Shown here piece after piece: positions 10,482-20,211 of a stretch of 64,000 nt of DNA. Made by a program: the position numbers and the translations under genes. The notes below the pieces were generated by a model. It was not told where the DNA came from. It did no database searches and saw only the letters and a list, made by a program, of their open reading frames with translations. The first letter of the stretch is position 1, and each line of letters starts with the position of its first letter. The DNA lies in assembly GCA_964361705.1 (NCBI GenBank), contig CAYIBP010000002.1, positions 12,435-76,434 on the forward strand, read 5' to 3'. This stretch comes from an uncultured Candidatus Saccharibacteria bacterium (GTDB lineage: Bacteria; Patescibacteriota; Minisyncoccia; Phycocordibacterales; UBA9973).

Positions 10482-11579
10482 ATGCAAAATGTGACTTATG
10501 TAGTATTGGGAATATTGGTCGGGTTCGTTTTTGGCGCGGTGGTCTTTATACTTCGCAAACAAAAAAGCAAAAACGAAAAAGAAGATTCTGCGAAAGATCA
10601 ATCTTTCCTTTTGCTCCAACAACAAATGTCTGAACTTGCTCGAACACTTGATTCGAAACTCACTGAATCAAGGCGAGATATGCAAGATGTCGTCAGCGTA
10701 CAATTTCGAGAATCACAAAAACTTCTCAAAGACATAAATGAGCAAATGAGCAAGAGCTTGATAGATGTGGCGCGTGAACAGACTAAAACCAATGAAGCAA
10801 CTAGACAATTCGTGACTATAGCAGAGAAACTCGGCGACCTTGAGAAAACTTTAAAACATCAAAAGCAACGAGGCAACTGGGGCGAAGCCTCTTTGGAACT
10901 CATCCTTTCAAATACTCTTGCCCCTGGCCAATACAAAATGCAGTATGAATTTAAAAATAAAGAAGTTGTGGACGCGGTTATCGTAACCAAAGAAGGAATA
11001 ATACCAATAGACGCAAAATTCTCGCTCGACAATTACGATCGCGTAGTGCATGCGGTAGATGACAAACAACGCGAAGAATTGGAAAAAGAATTTAAAAATG
11101 ATCTCAAGCGTCGTATAGATGAGACAGCAAAATATGTCAGACCCGAAGAAGGCACATTACCTTTTGCATTTATGTACATACCCGCAGAGGCGATATATTA
11201 TGACTTGCTCGTAAACGAAGTCGGTTCTATAAAAGTAAACACTCGCAATCTCATAGACTACGCATACAACGACAAAAAAGTAATCGTTATTTCCCCTACT
11301 ACATTCATGGCATATTTGCAGTCGGTACTTTACGGATTCAAAGCTTTTCGAATAGAAGAGTCCGCCAAAGAAATAATCAAAAAAGTCGAAGACCTTGGTA
11401 AACATTTAAAATCTTTTGACGAATATCACGGCAAACTCGGCAACGCACTCTCTACCGTAGTAAACCACTACAACGCCTCCGGCAAAGAATTGAAAAAAAT
11501 AGATAAAGATGTGCTCCGCATCACCGGCACTTCACCAGAGCTTGCAACACTTTCAATAGAGAAACCAAAGGAAGAATAA
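10482..11579 (+). CDS. rmuC: DNA recombination protein RmuC
   Basis: N-terminal TM helix, coiled coil, RGNWGE, IDAKF, MYIPAE. Confidence 0.92.
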   Translation: MQNVTYVVLGILVGFVFGAVVFILRKQKSKNEKEDSAKDQSFLLLQQQMSELARTLDSKLTESRRDMQDVVSVQFRESQKLLKDINEQMSKSLIDVAREQTKTNEATRQFVTIAEKLGDLEKTLKHQKQRGNWGEASLELILSNTLAPGQYKMQYEFKNKEVVDAVIVTKEGIIPIDAKFSLDNYDRVVHAVDDKQREELEKEFKNDLKRRIDETAKYVRPEEGTLPFAFMYIPAEAIYYDLLVNEVGSIKVNTRNLIDYAYNDKKVIVISPTTFMAYLQSVLYGFKAFRIEESAKEIIKKVEDLGKHLKSFDEYHGKLGNALSTVVNHYNASGKELKKIDKDVLRITGTSPELATLSIEKPKEE

Positions 11580-12384
11580 ATGGAAAATATTCCAAACTAT
11601 TTTAACAAAGAAACAACCTCTCATAGACTCATGTTGACACTTGAGACTGCAATAAGATTACAAGTAAAAGATATTGAGGTAATAGGAATAGAAAATCTAG
11701 AAAAAATTCCTACTGGTAGTAAAATAATAATAGCTACTACACATCTCACTGATCTGGATGTCCCACTTGCTACTTATGCACTAGGCAATAAATTAAATTT
11801 GATTATTACAAATCAATCCACACAACACAAGCTAACAGAAGACCCTCTTGAAAATATAAGCATGCATATTGCAGGAAAATCAAATTTTCTACCCATTGAT
11901 TATAAAAAAAAGAGGAAAATTAAAAATCCCAAGCAAATTCAACCCAGCCAATTTCATCCCTATGCGTAAAGCCCTCGAGGAAGGTAAAAGTATAATTATG
12001 GCATCACACAATCCGTGTCTGAAGGCAACAAACAGTTTAGATGGCATCAAAGGTGGCTATGGAGCAATCTACCTAGCAAATATCTCAGACGCTTTTATCT
12101 TGCCAGTAGCGGTAGAAATAATTGGAATAAAGGAAGCGGGTATGTCTGAAACAAAAATCAAAACATTCCTGCACAAACCTAATGCCATAATCCATATTGG
12201 TCCCCCTATAAAACTGGAAAAAATAAAAGGAATAGAAGATCTGGAAGAACTTGCAAAAAATGAAATCAACGTAGATTTAAAAAAGACGACCTATTTATCA
12301 GTATTAAAAAAACTAGAGAGCTCCCTAAAAACTCAATCCCAATTCCTGATGAGCCAGCTGGCAATGCTAATGCCAAAAAAATAA
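11580..12384 (+). pseudogene. PlsC/LPLAT-like acyltransferase split by a frameshift
   Basis: ORF 11580-11969 has HxxxxD (HLTDLD). ORF 11869-12384 in the +1 frame has ILPVAV and IHIGPPI. An A8 run lies at 11904-11911 in the overlap. Confidence 0.7.
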
Positions 12385-12467
12385 GCTAGCATTTTACCAG
12401 AACTCGCGACGCTATCTTTGGAGAAGCCAAAAAAGAGAAATAAACTACCGAATTACTACACTTCACC

Positions 12468-12812
12468 TCACAAATCTCTTTTCATCTTTCTCATTTTTAC
12501 CAGACAAAGACAGATCTCATTCATAGTAAGATTGGCTTTTGTTAAGGTTGTAACAATATTATTGTAATCTTTAGCAAAACTATAAAAAATTTGGTTTATC
12601 TCTTGGGTTGTTCTGCCTGTGTAAGCCTCTAGAGTTTGTAAATCGGAAGCTACATCTCTTGCCTCTTCTAGATTTTCTGAATCGATACAGGCAAAAACAG
12701 AGGTAAATTGATTAAATGCATCATCTAATAATTCTTTAAAGGAATCAAATCCCCTATCGGATTGCATGCCCTGTCCTTTAATTTTATCACCTGGAGTTGC
12801 AAGACTTTCCAT
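12468..12812 (-). CDS. Hypothetical protein
   Basis: 114-aa ORF with a -10-like box just upstream; no recognised motif. Confidence 0.6.
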   Translation of the reverse strand: MESLATPGDKIKGQGMQSDRGFDSFKELLDDAFNQFTSVFACIDSENLEEARDVASDLQTLEAYTGRTTQEINQIFYSFAKDYNNIVTTLTKANLTMNEICLCLVKMRKMKRDL

Positions 12813-12876
12813 AATAGATTCTATTGTATCAGAGTCTTACATTTTTTTCAAAAAAATGATATATTCTTTTTTATCA

Positions 12877-12951
12877 GGCCTTATCGTCTAATAGTTAGGA
12901 CGGAAGCTTCTCAAGCTTCAAATCTGGGTGCGATTCCCAGTAAGGTCACCA
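12877..12951 (+). tRNA. tRNA-Glu(CTC), island integration site
   Basis: GGCCTTA/TAAGGTC acceptor stem, GAAGC-TTCTCAA-GCTTC anticodon arm, encoded CCA. Confidence 0.93.
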
Positions 12952-14617
12952 ACTGGTTTTCATCAGGCGTAAATCCTGAAGAAAGCTTGAACACATAGGA
13001 CAATTTAGGTGTTCCATTAACTACTTCTTTATAAGTAGGCATTTTTTCGAATACAAGACCGAACAGATCTCTTTGTACTCTTGGATTGCTTGGGTTTAGT
13101 AGTATTTCTGCTGGGTGTTCCATTATTTTCTTCGCATCTCGCATAAATGCCTTGATATCATCTCGAGATATCTGTATTTTATGGCGCTGGTTGCCTGCAG
13201 CTTTAATCTTTACTTCTAAGTCTTCAATTTCTTTTTCAAGCTTTTCTCGTATAACCTGACTTTTTGTTACTTCAAATGCTTCAAGCTTTGATACTTGTTG
13301 TATCTCTAGGTCTGCGATATTTTGGTGAATGTCGCCAGATGCCCTAACAATTTCCTTTTCTCGTTTCCTATATTTGTTTAAGAATGTTGCTTCTAGCCCA
13401 TTAAGTACTTCAGGGACAAACTTCAAACTTTTGATGTATTTCTCTACGTTATGGTCAAAATCTTTCTTGTTTACAGCGAACCTCTCATGATTTCGAGCAC
13501 AATGATAAGATGGAAATCCTTCACCCGACTTGCCTTTAGATACACTTCCCAAAAATGGCTTAGGGCAAAGTGGGCATAATATAAATTTATATGGGAATAA
13601 CGGGTTGAATTTCATTCTTTCTTTACCTGATCTCCCAAAAGGATATCCTTGTACTAGTTCTAGACTACCGTCGACATTTTTCATTATAGCCAACTTACCC
13701 TTATTCGCTTGATTAAAGAGCTCTATTGAAACAAGACCATCATATTGGGCCTTCACGGGTTTGTAGAATGTCCATTTTTCACAAAGTACACCAGCATAGA
13801 TTGTATTTACAATAATACGTTGAAGTTGTTTGACGGTAAGAGGAATTCCTCCTGTTTGGCCAATTATTTTTTTATGGTCTTTGCTGTATCTATCTTGAAA
13901 TGGGGAGCGATAGCCCATAGCATTTACTCTGTCCACAATCTCAGGATCGCTTAACCCTTGAGCTCTTAGTGTAAACATTGCAATATAAAATTTTGCTCGC
14001 TCGGGGTGTGGCAATTGAATGGTTTTCTTTTTTCCATCAACGAATACTTTTTTATTGGTGAATCCATCTGCTGGCCGACGAGCACGATAACCTTGTTGTG
14101 TGAGTCGAATCTCTTGTCCAATCATACGAGTGAGGATGCTAGTGACTTCTTGATTCGCAACAGTTGCTAAAACATTCTCTGTAATTTCACTAGGATGATA
14201 CTTACTCCAATCATATTCCATTCCAAGATTTTCAAGTGTGTTTATAGAAGGTTGTATAACGCCGTTAGTATCTATCATCGCAACTCCATATTTAGCGAGT
14301 TCTCTTTTCATTCTAGAATATTCTTCGCTTCCTGCACGTGTCGCTCGATCAATAGATTTGAAAACGTAATAATCAACCAATCTAGGATGAGCTTTTATGT
14401 ATACAAGTATATCCTCAAAATCTTCTCTATCTGTTTTTCTACCTGAAATGGCCGTAGACCAAACTTTTCCATTGGGCACAATATGCCAATCTCTATCAGA
14501 TATAAATTTACGAATATCACTTTCTTGTCGTTCTAAACTTTCACCGTCCTGTTGTTTCAGAGAGCTTACTCTACACTGAACGACACAATTTTTCTCTTTT
14601 TTATCGTTGATTTTCAT
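12911..14617 (-). CDS. Large serine recombinase/integrase
   Basis: CRVSSLKQ catalytic Ser motif, SIDRATR, recombinase domain, CPLC..YHC zinc ribbon, coiled coil; likely start ATG 14617. Confidence 0.92.
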   Translation of the reverse strand: MKINDKKEKNCVVQCRVSSLKQQDGESLERQESDIRKFISDRDWHIVPNGKVWSTAISGRKTDREDFEDILVYIKAHPRLVDYYVFKSIDRATRAGSEEYSRMKRELAKYGVAMIDTNGVIQPSINTLENLGMEYDWSKYHPSEITENVLATVANQEVTSILTRMIGQEIRLTQQGYRARRPADGFTNKKVFVDGKKKTIQLPHPERAKFYIAMFTLRAQGLSDPEIVDRVNAMGYRSPFQDRYSKDHKKIIGQTGGIPLTVKQLQRIIVNTIYAGVLCEKWTFYKPVKAQYDGLVSIELFNQANKGKLAIMKNVDGSLELVQGYPFGRSGKERMKFNPLFPYKFILCPLCPKPFLGSVSKGKSGEGFPSYHCARNHERFAVNKKDFDHNVEKYIKSLKFVPEVLNGLEATFLNKYRKREKEIVRASGDIHQNIADLEIQQVSKLEAFEVTKSQVIREKLEKEIEDLEVKIKAAGNQRHKIQISRDDIKAFMRDAKKIMEHPAEILLNPSNPRVQRDLFGLVFEKMPTYKEVVNGTPKLSYVFKLSSGFTPDENQLVTLLGIAPRFEA

Positions 14618-14636
14618 AATAATTACTACTATCACA

Positions 14637-14870
14637 TTATGCGCTATTTTTTTCACGAAGCCAATTGTCAAAAAATAGGTCTGCTATTCTGTCGCAGGTA
14701 ATTCGCATTTGCTCAATTTGTTCATCAGTATATTTACTACTTTCAGGACCTAGTGATTTTTTGAATTCTTCAAAAGATAATTCTGTGGAATTTGAAAATT
14801 CACCCGATCCATTATTCTCAGGAGTTACCTTGTGTTCATTTTTGGTGAATTTTTTGGGTTCGTATTTCAC
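14637..14870 (-). CDS. Small helical protein upstream of the integrase (possible directionality factor)
   Basis: 77-aa ORF, co-oriented and 19 bp from the integrase start; function inferred from position. Confidence 0.65.
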   Translation of the reverse strand: MKYEPKKFTKNEHKVTPENNGSGEFSNSTELSFEEFKKSLGPESSKYTDEQIEQMRITCDRIADLFFDNWLREKNSA

Positions 14871-14893
14871 CCTTTATTTATATAAAAAAGAGT

Positions 14894-14930
14894 GCTACGA
14901 AATACATACATCGTAGCTACGATTCGTCAA
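14894..14930. promoter_or_regulatory. Putative operator upstream of the small ORF and integrase
   Basis: GCTACGA (14894) n10 TCGTAGC, and palindrome ATCGTAGCTACGAT (14910-14923) next to a minus-strand TTGACG. Confidence 0.5.
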
Positions 14931-14990
14931 ATATAAGGCGTTAAATTTAATGACTATTTAATTTGCTATCAACAGTGACTGTATCGCACT

Positions 14991-15677
14991 TCATTCTTTT
15001 TTGATTTTTATTTTTTTATTGAGTTTGTAACCTTCACCTTGATTACTTTCAATAAATTCTTGTTCATTTAATCCAAATTCCTTTTCAGCTTTAATTCTCA
15101 ATTTTGCAATTTCTGTGCCGAGTGTCCTTGTGGTTGTATTTATCTTCTTAGCAAGTATATCGCTTTTTGTAAATTCTTCATTTTCAGAAAACCACTCAAG
15201 TATACGATATCGCACACCGTTAGGTTTAAATTTTAATGAACGTTCTTTACCTGAAATATTAGAATGCAAATCACGAGGTGTTAACCAGAAAACCCTTGAA
15301 GCAATCCTTGCATCTTGACTAATTGTCTTTTCAGAATATTTAATTTCCCAATATAAATTTGTTACATCTAAAGGTCTACCATTTTCTCCCATTATACCAA
15401 CTCTTGCGCCAAGTACATTTTGATCAGTAACCGTGGATGGTTTTATGGCTCTAATTTTAAAGCGTCCCGATGATTCTTTCTCAACAACAGAAATCGCCAA
15501 CAGTACATCATTCAGTTTTGATGATCTGAAAATATCAGAGTAATTTTTCACCAAATCGTCCCAAAAGTATAGCTTTAGGGTAATACCATCTCTAAGCTCA
15601 CCGACTACACTCAAATCATCAATTTTGCGCTCTAGGACTTCTAAGATAGCTCTTTGCCTTAGTATTGGGTCAACCAT
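14991..15677 (-). CDS. Protein with C-terminal winged helix-turn-helix
   Basis: KSDILAKKINTTTRTLGTEIAKLR...GEGYKL (OmpR/HTH_11-like wing). Confidence 0.7.
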   Translation of the reverse strand: MVDPILRQRAILEVLERKIDDLSVVGELRDGITLKLYFWDDLVKNYSDIFRSSKLNDVLLAISVVEKESSGRFKIRAIKPSTVTDQNVLGARVGIMGENGRPLDVTNLYWEIKYSEKTISQDARIASRVFWLTPRDLHSNISGKERSLKFKPNGVRYRILEWFSENEEFTKSDILAKKINTTTRTLGTEIAKLRIKAEKEFGLNEQEFIESNQGEGYKLNKKIKIKKE

Positions 15678-15736
15678 TTCATTATTATTACACAGTTTTG
15701 TGTCTTTATGCTATTATTAAGCTTACAAATAAATAA

Positions 15737-15919
15737 GCGACCTAACCCCTTAAGATTTCTTGAGGATATGGTCAAAAGACCCATAGAAGATACTGAACCC
15801 TACGTTCAGCAACTCTTCTATGGGCTATACAGGGAAACTTGTATAGGGTCGTAAGACCTAGCTGGCGTGGGGTTCTGTGCTTCTCACTGCTAGCCATTAT
15901 CAGCTAGCTTTTTATTTTC
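15737..15919 (+). ncRNA. Candidate multi-stem structured RNA or leader
   Basis: Several stems, including a perfect 11-bp CCCATAGAAGA/TCTTCTATGGG, GAAA and GTAA tetraloops, and a final stem followed by a U-tract before the ATG. Confidence 0.55.
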
Positions 15920-15920
15920 T

Positions 15921-16781
15921 ATGAAAAACAAATTGAACATAATTTTGAGTATTTTAGTCGCATTTATTTTAATACCTCAAATAGCTCTTGCTTCTTGGTG
16001 GAATCCATTCACTTGGTTTAATAAAAATACTAAACCTGCTGTAGAACAAACTGTTCAGGTACAGCAAAATAATGTTTTAGTTGAAGATAAAAAATTAACT
16101 GAGAAAAAAGTTTCAGAAAATAAAACTCTTACTAAAAAAGTAAACAATACTGACAAAAAATCTAAAAAAGAACCCAACACTCCTAACATACCACAAGTGG
16201 TAATCACTTCAACTCCAACAGTTATTGATGTGTGTAAAAACATCAATGGAATTCAAACAAATGTTTCTAGTGATGTGCGCATAATAGATGACAGCATTTG
16301 CTTACCTATCCCCGATTTATGTAAAAATGTTGAAGGAGCTCAATCATCTTATATTCCTAAAGGAATGTACCGCGAAAAAGATGGCAACTGTTATCCAAAA
16401 CCCATAGAAATTTACCTTCCCGAACCACAACAAACCACACAAAACACAAACCCAGTATCTACGCCAGTCGTTTCACCAGTTGATACAACACCGAAAGAAA
16501 TAACTCAGGAAGAAATGATGAGTGGTTTTATATATCAGTGGACAAATAATGATGTTCATACGTTGTGGATTGCAACAGACGGAGCACAGAAAGGTGACAT
16601 TGTAACTTTATCTTTTAATAATCTTACTGAAACTAAGACTGTGAAAGATGTCTCAAGCAAAAATTCGATTTGGTCGGGATGGACTTTTGATAACCTCGAT
16701 TTCAGTAAAGAATATCCAGTGTTCATAAAAATAGAACGTGGAAATAAATTTACAGTCTTTAATGGTATTGTTAAAAATTAA
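15921..16781 (+). CDS. Secreted/surface protein
   Basis: Signal peptide, WWNPFTWF, two DxCKNxxGxQ Cys repeats, P/T-rich linker. Confidence 0.85.
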   Translation: MKNKLNIILSILVAFILIPQIALASWWNPFTWFNKNTKPAVEQTVQVQQNNVLVEDKKLTEKKVSENKTLTKKVNNTDKKSKKEPNTPNIPQVVITSTPTVIDVCKNINGIQTNVSSDVRIIDDSICLPIPDLCKNVEGAQSSYIPKGMYREKDGNCYPKPIEIYLPEPQQTTQNTNPVSTPVVSPVDTTPKEITQEEMMSGFIYQWTNNDVHTLWIATDGAQKGDIVTLSFNNLTETKTVKDVSSKNSIWSGWTFDNLDFSKEYPVFIKIERGNKFTVFNGIVKN

Positions 16782-16853
16782 ATTTATACTAGGATTTCTA
16801 TATGCAATCAATAAAAATGATATTATTGATTTACCCACGACAACTTAAATATA

Positions 16854-17366
16854 ATGAAAAAATTCTTTAGCGATAAAAATAAAATAGTACTGTCTCTTAT
16901 TGTTGTTATAGCTTTCTTATCCCTTAATTTATCTTTAACAGCTATATTTATTTCTAATACATCTCATGAAATCGAGCAAGAAACCGAGATTGAATCTATT
17001 GCAATAAAAAATCCCTGCATGGCAGATGGTAAATCCAACCTTGAGTGGATCGCCTGCGAAAAAGATTTTTTAGTGATGATTAAGAAAGAAAAGGAAAGAT
17101 ACTTTGATAAGTTGATGAACTTGTTTACGAATAATTCAGAAAAGATGTTGGCCAACGATTCAGAACTGCTAAAAGAATTTACTGATTGGTATGAAAATTC
17201 CAATAACGCTAACCATACAAGGTGTCTGGCCGAAATGTATTACACTCGCGCCGGTTCTGCTTACGAAGGTAATATGACACGTTGCCAGTCTAGTGAAGCA
17301 CAACGAGACATTGAATTACTTAATAAAAATTTTGATTTTCTTTTCGATTCATACGATTATGAATAA
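16854..17366 (+). CDS. Membrane-anchored protein, LprI/DUF1311-like
   Basis: N-terminal TM helix and a four-Cys helical pattern (C..C..W..RC..GS..C). Confidence 0.6.
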   Translation: MKKFFSDKNKIVLSLIVVIAFLSLNLSLTAIFISNTSHEIEQETEIESIAIKNPCMADGKSNLEWIACEKDFLVMIKKEKERYFDKLMNLFTNNSEKMLANDSELLKEFTDWYENSNNANHTRCLAEMYYTRAGSAYEGNMTRCQSSEAQRDIELLNKNFDFLFDSYDYE

Positions 17367-17388
17367 TAAATTAATCTAAAAACTAGAC

Positions 17389-17472
17389 ATGGGAATACTT
17401 AGCGTTTTATTGGTAATAGTTTGGATAGTTCTTCGCTCTATGGGGTTAATCCACATGCCTTGGGATAAATAA
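17389..17472 (+). CDS. 27-aa hydrophobic peptide
   Basis: MGILSVLLVIVWIVLRSMGLIHMPWDK* (hand translated). Confidence 0.4.
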   Translation: MGILSVLLVIVWIVLRSMGLIHMPWDK

Positions 17473-17598
17473 ATTAGACAAAGTGTAATAATAATGGCAC
17501 CAAACTCGTGACCTTGTGTAACCTCGGGGATTACGGCTCATAAATGGGGTAAGGTGGCACTTGCTTACAAATCTCACCACCCCTCGGTAAATTGCCGT

Positions 17599-18201
17599 TT
17601 ATCGTTTGACGAGGATTCTTTTCTGCATATTTTTGTATATCTTATCTTCGTACTCATCAAGTAGGGCCTGATCTTCCTTGTCGATTTCCTCGTCTTGAAT
17701 ATTTTCAACAACAAGGCGAGTCTTATTCATTTCTTTTTCCATATGTTCAAGATATCGCCAAGAGTCGGGGATATTTTTATTATTTTGAATAGATTCTGCT
17801 ATATTTCGCCTAGCCCATAATTTTAAATTGCTTTCTCGGGTATTTTCTACTTCTTCAGCAAATTCAAGATCACTCTCCATGATATCGTCATACTCTTTTT
17901 CGGTCAGTTTATTGGCATGCAAGCGTTGCTCGTTAACGGGAGCTCCAATTAGTGCAGCTTCCTTAATTTTCGTTCTTCTAAAATCGGTCAATAATTGGGC
18001 TAATTCGTCCCGTAGTTCAGGAGTTTCTTGTAACCATCTGTAGTAGGTCGTGGCACCAATTCCTGCATATTCATATTGCTTTTTTGGTCTTTCGCCTCGG
18101 CCAGCCATGTCTTTCAACTTCGGAACACTCACGCAACGCTCTTCTCGCATGGATTCAGAGATTTTTTTGTTTATTTTTGATCGTTTTGTGGGCCTAGGCA
18201 T
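17599..18201 (-). CDS. HTH protein resembling a terminase small subunit
   Basis: YAGIGATTYYRWLQETPELRDE HTH, ARRNIAESI...SWRYLE oligomerisation-like helices, acidic tail. Confidence 0.55.
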   Translation of the reverse strand: MPRPTKRSKINKKISESMREERCVSVPKLKDMAGRGERPKKQYEYAGIGATTYYRWLQETPELRDELAQLLTDFRRTKIKEAALIGAPVNEQRLHANKLTEKEYDDIMESDLEFAEEVENTRESNLKLWARRNIAESIQNNKNIPDSWRYLEHMEKEMNKTRLVVENIQDEEIDKEDQALLDEYEDKIYKNMQKRILVKR

Positions 18202-18222
18202 CTAAGTAAAATAAAAAACAGA

Positions 18223-20211
18223 TTAAATTTCCGAGTCGTCCTCAATATCTTTTACGAGTGTCATTAATTTACCAACCTCTCTATCTTGATCAAGAAAAGC
18301 AGAATATTGCTTATAGGCATTATTTATAAGTTCTTGATATAGAACAACTCGAATTTTTGCAGCCTTGAGTATCTCTATGGATTGGTTTGTGTCTTTTTCA
18401 TCATTCCATTCCTGAAGCTTTTCTCCAACAATACAAATACATTCAATTGGCTCATTTCCACTTCCAATTTTATCCAGTAACTTCTGTAGAGCGGACTGGT
18501 ATTTTTGTAGTTGATCCACTATTTCAGTAGTTCGAAGGATTCGATTTGATCTCTTGAGCTCAATAATGATATGTTTGCCTGCAGAATTTTTATATTTAAT
18601 ATCAATTCGTCCCTTCTTTTCCTCATCTGTTAATTTTGCATCGATTTTACCAAATGCACTTTTGACTGTTTTCTCCATTACAGGTGTCTCGGTTGCTCTG
18701 TCCCACGCAGAATCAAGAAGCCATAAATTTTCGTATAAATGTTTTTGAACCAATTTCTCCAGAGCATTTGAAGTTACTTTATCTTCAAGCTTCTTTATAA
18801 TTTCAATTCGAGCCCTAACGATTTGGTGATACAAAGTAGCCTCAATATCATTATGTTCAGCAAAGAGTTCACTAAATAAGGCTATGTTTTCGGGAGTGAT
18901 ACGATCAAGTGCTTCAAGATTTTCCTTATATCTAAGGCTTTCAAAGGCCAGTACAGCATGTTTAAATAATGTCTTTTTTTCACTTTCTTCAATAGTAAAC
19001 TGATTGATTTTCCCAAACAAATCTTCGGCGCGCTTTTTAGTTGGTTTCTTCAACGTATCAAACCAACTCTTAATAGCTTTATTTTTAAGAGCTTCTTTGA
19101 CCCCAATTTCTTTTCTATTTTCAGTCCATTGTTTTTGGATATGTTTTAACTCTTTTTGTACAAAAACTTGAAGTGCTTTATAACGGTCAGCATCTTTATT
19201 TATTTCTTGTCTATTTGTTGTTGCAATATCTTCCTCATTATCAAGGTCAAGAAAATCAGCATGAATTTCTCCTATTAAATATTTAGTATATACGCCACCT
19301 TCTGAAAAATCTTCAATAATATCTTCTTGTGCAAGTTTGCCGCGAACCATAACTACAATTTTATTTATATTTTCATCTTCATCCTTTAAATCACCTGAAC
19401 CAGTTACTGTACCTATCCAACCACTAACTTTGTATTTTTTACCAGAAACAATGATTTCATTTGACCGTTTTTCTTTCTTAAGTAGTTTTGTTTTGTCGCA
19501 AAGATCTGAATATTTTTTACTATCGTCACCGAAATACCAAATGTACTGAATTTTATGAAAATAATCACGATCAGTAACCTTCACTTCTCCGCCATCAATT
19601 TTTACAGAAAAATTATACTCCTTACCTAATACACTGAACCTTCTTGCAATTCTTTTCTTTAGAGCTGGTACAGTTGCTTTTGTAATGCTTTTTTTTAGTT
19701 GAACTAGGGTAATTTTTGTTCCACTGCTTGTTAATGTAATTTTATTATCTTCCACAGGGTCAGGATTGTATTCCTTTTCAGCAGTTTTACCGTCAAGAAG
19801 TTCCATGATTTTTTCATGAGATAGGATCAAGCCGTTTTTTTCTTTACCATTGTTAGTTTCAATAGTTGCCTTATTTGCAATTGAAAATAGAGATAATTTC
19901 CCGATACCTTTTCTACCCATAACACTTCTTTTGTATCTTGGAGTTTTACTAACTTCTTTCCTTTTTTCGTAACCAACAAAAAGATATCTCTTATTAATAT
20001 CTGCCAAAGACATCCCTTGTCCATTATCTTCAAGAACAATTGAATCCTTCTCAATATTTATGCTTACTTCACTCGCATCGGCATCCCATGAATTTGCGAT
20101 TATCTCTGATAAAACCGAAGGGATGTTGCTGTAAAGCTTGATACCGAGTTGGTTCAAGACGTTCAATCCGATGGTCATTTTATATTTTGGATCAATGGGT
20201 ATTTTAGTCAT
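18223..20211 (-). CDS. GHKL (MORC/MutL-like) ATPase fused to a PD-(D/E)xK nuclease
   Basis: EIIANSWDA, DNGQGM, GRKGIGK, GTKI; C-terminal RIDI...IIIELKR...QLQKY. Confidence 0.85.
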   Translation of the reverse strand: MTKIPIDPKYKMTIGLNVLNQLGIKLYSNIPSVLSEIIANSWDADASEVSINIEKDSIVLEDNGQGMSLADINKRYLFVGYEKRKEVSKTPRYKRSVMGRKGIGKLSLFSIANKATIETNNGKEKNGLILSHEKIMELLDGKTAEKEYNPDPVEDNKITLTSSGTKITLVQLKKSITKATVPALKKRIARRFSVLGKEYNFSVKIDGGEVKVTDRDYFHKIQYIWYFGDDSKKYSDLCDKTKLLKKEKRSNEIIVSGKKYKVSGWIGTVTGSGDLKDEDENINKIVVMVRGKLAQEDIIEDFSEGGVYTKYLIGEIHADFLDLDNEEDIATTNRQEINKDADRYKALQVFVQKELKHIQKQWTENRKEIGVKEALKNKAIKSWFDTLKKPTKKRAEDLFGKINQFTIEESEKKTLFKHAVLAFESLRYKENLEALDRITPENIALFSELFAEHNDIEATLYHQIVRARIEIIKKLEDKVTSNALEKLVQKHLYENLWLLDSAWDRATETPVMEKTVKSAFGKIDAKLTDEEKKGRIDIKYKNSAGKHIIIELKRSNRILRTTEIVDQLQKYQSALQKLLDKIGSGNEPIECICIVGEKLQEWNDEKDTNQSIEILKAAKIRVVLYQELINNAYKQYSAFLDQDREVGKLMTLVKDIEDDSEI

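Noticed and set aside
14618-14671. TTG-start extension of the integrase
   Set aside because: It overlaps the upstream small ORF; ATG 14617 fits the catalytic domain start.
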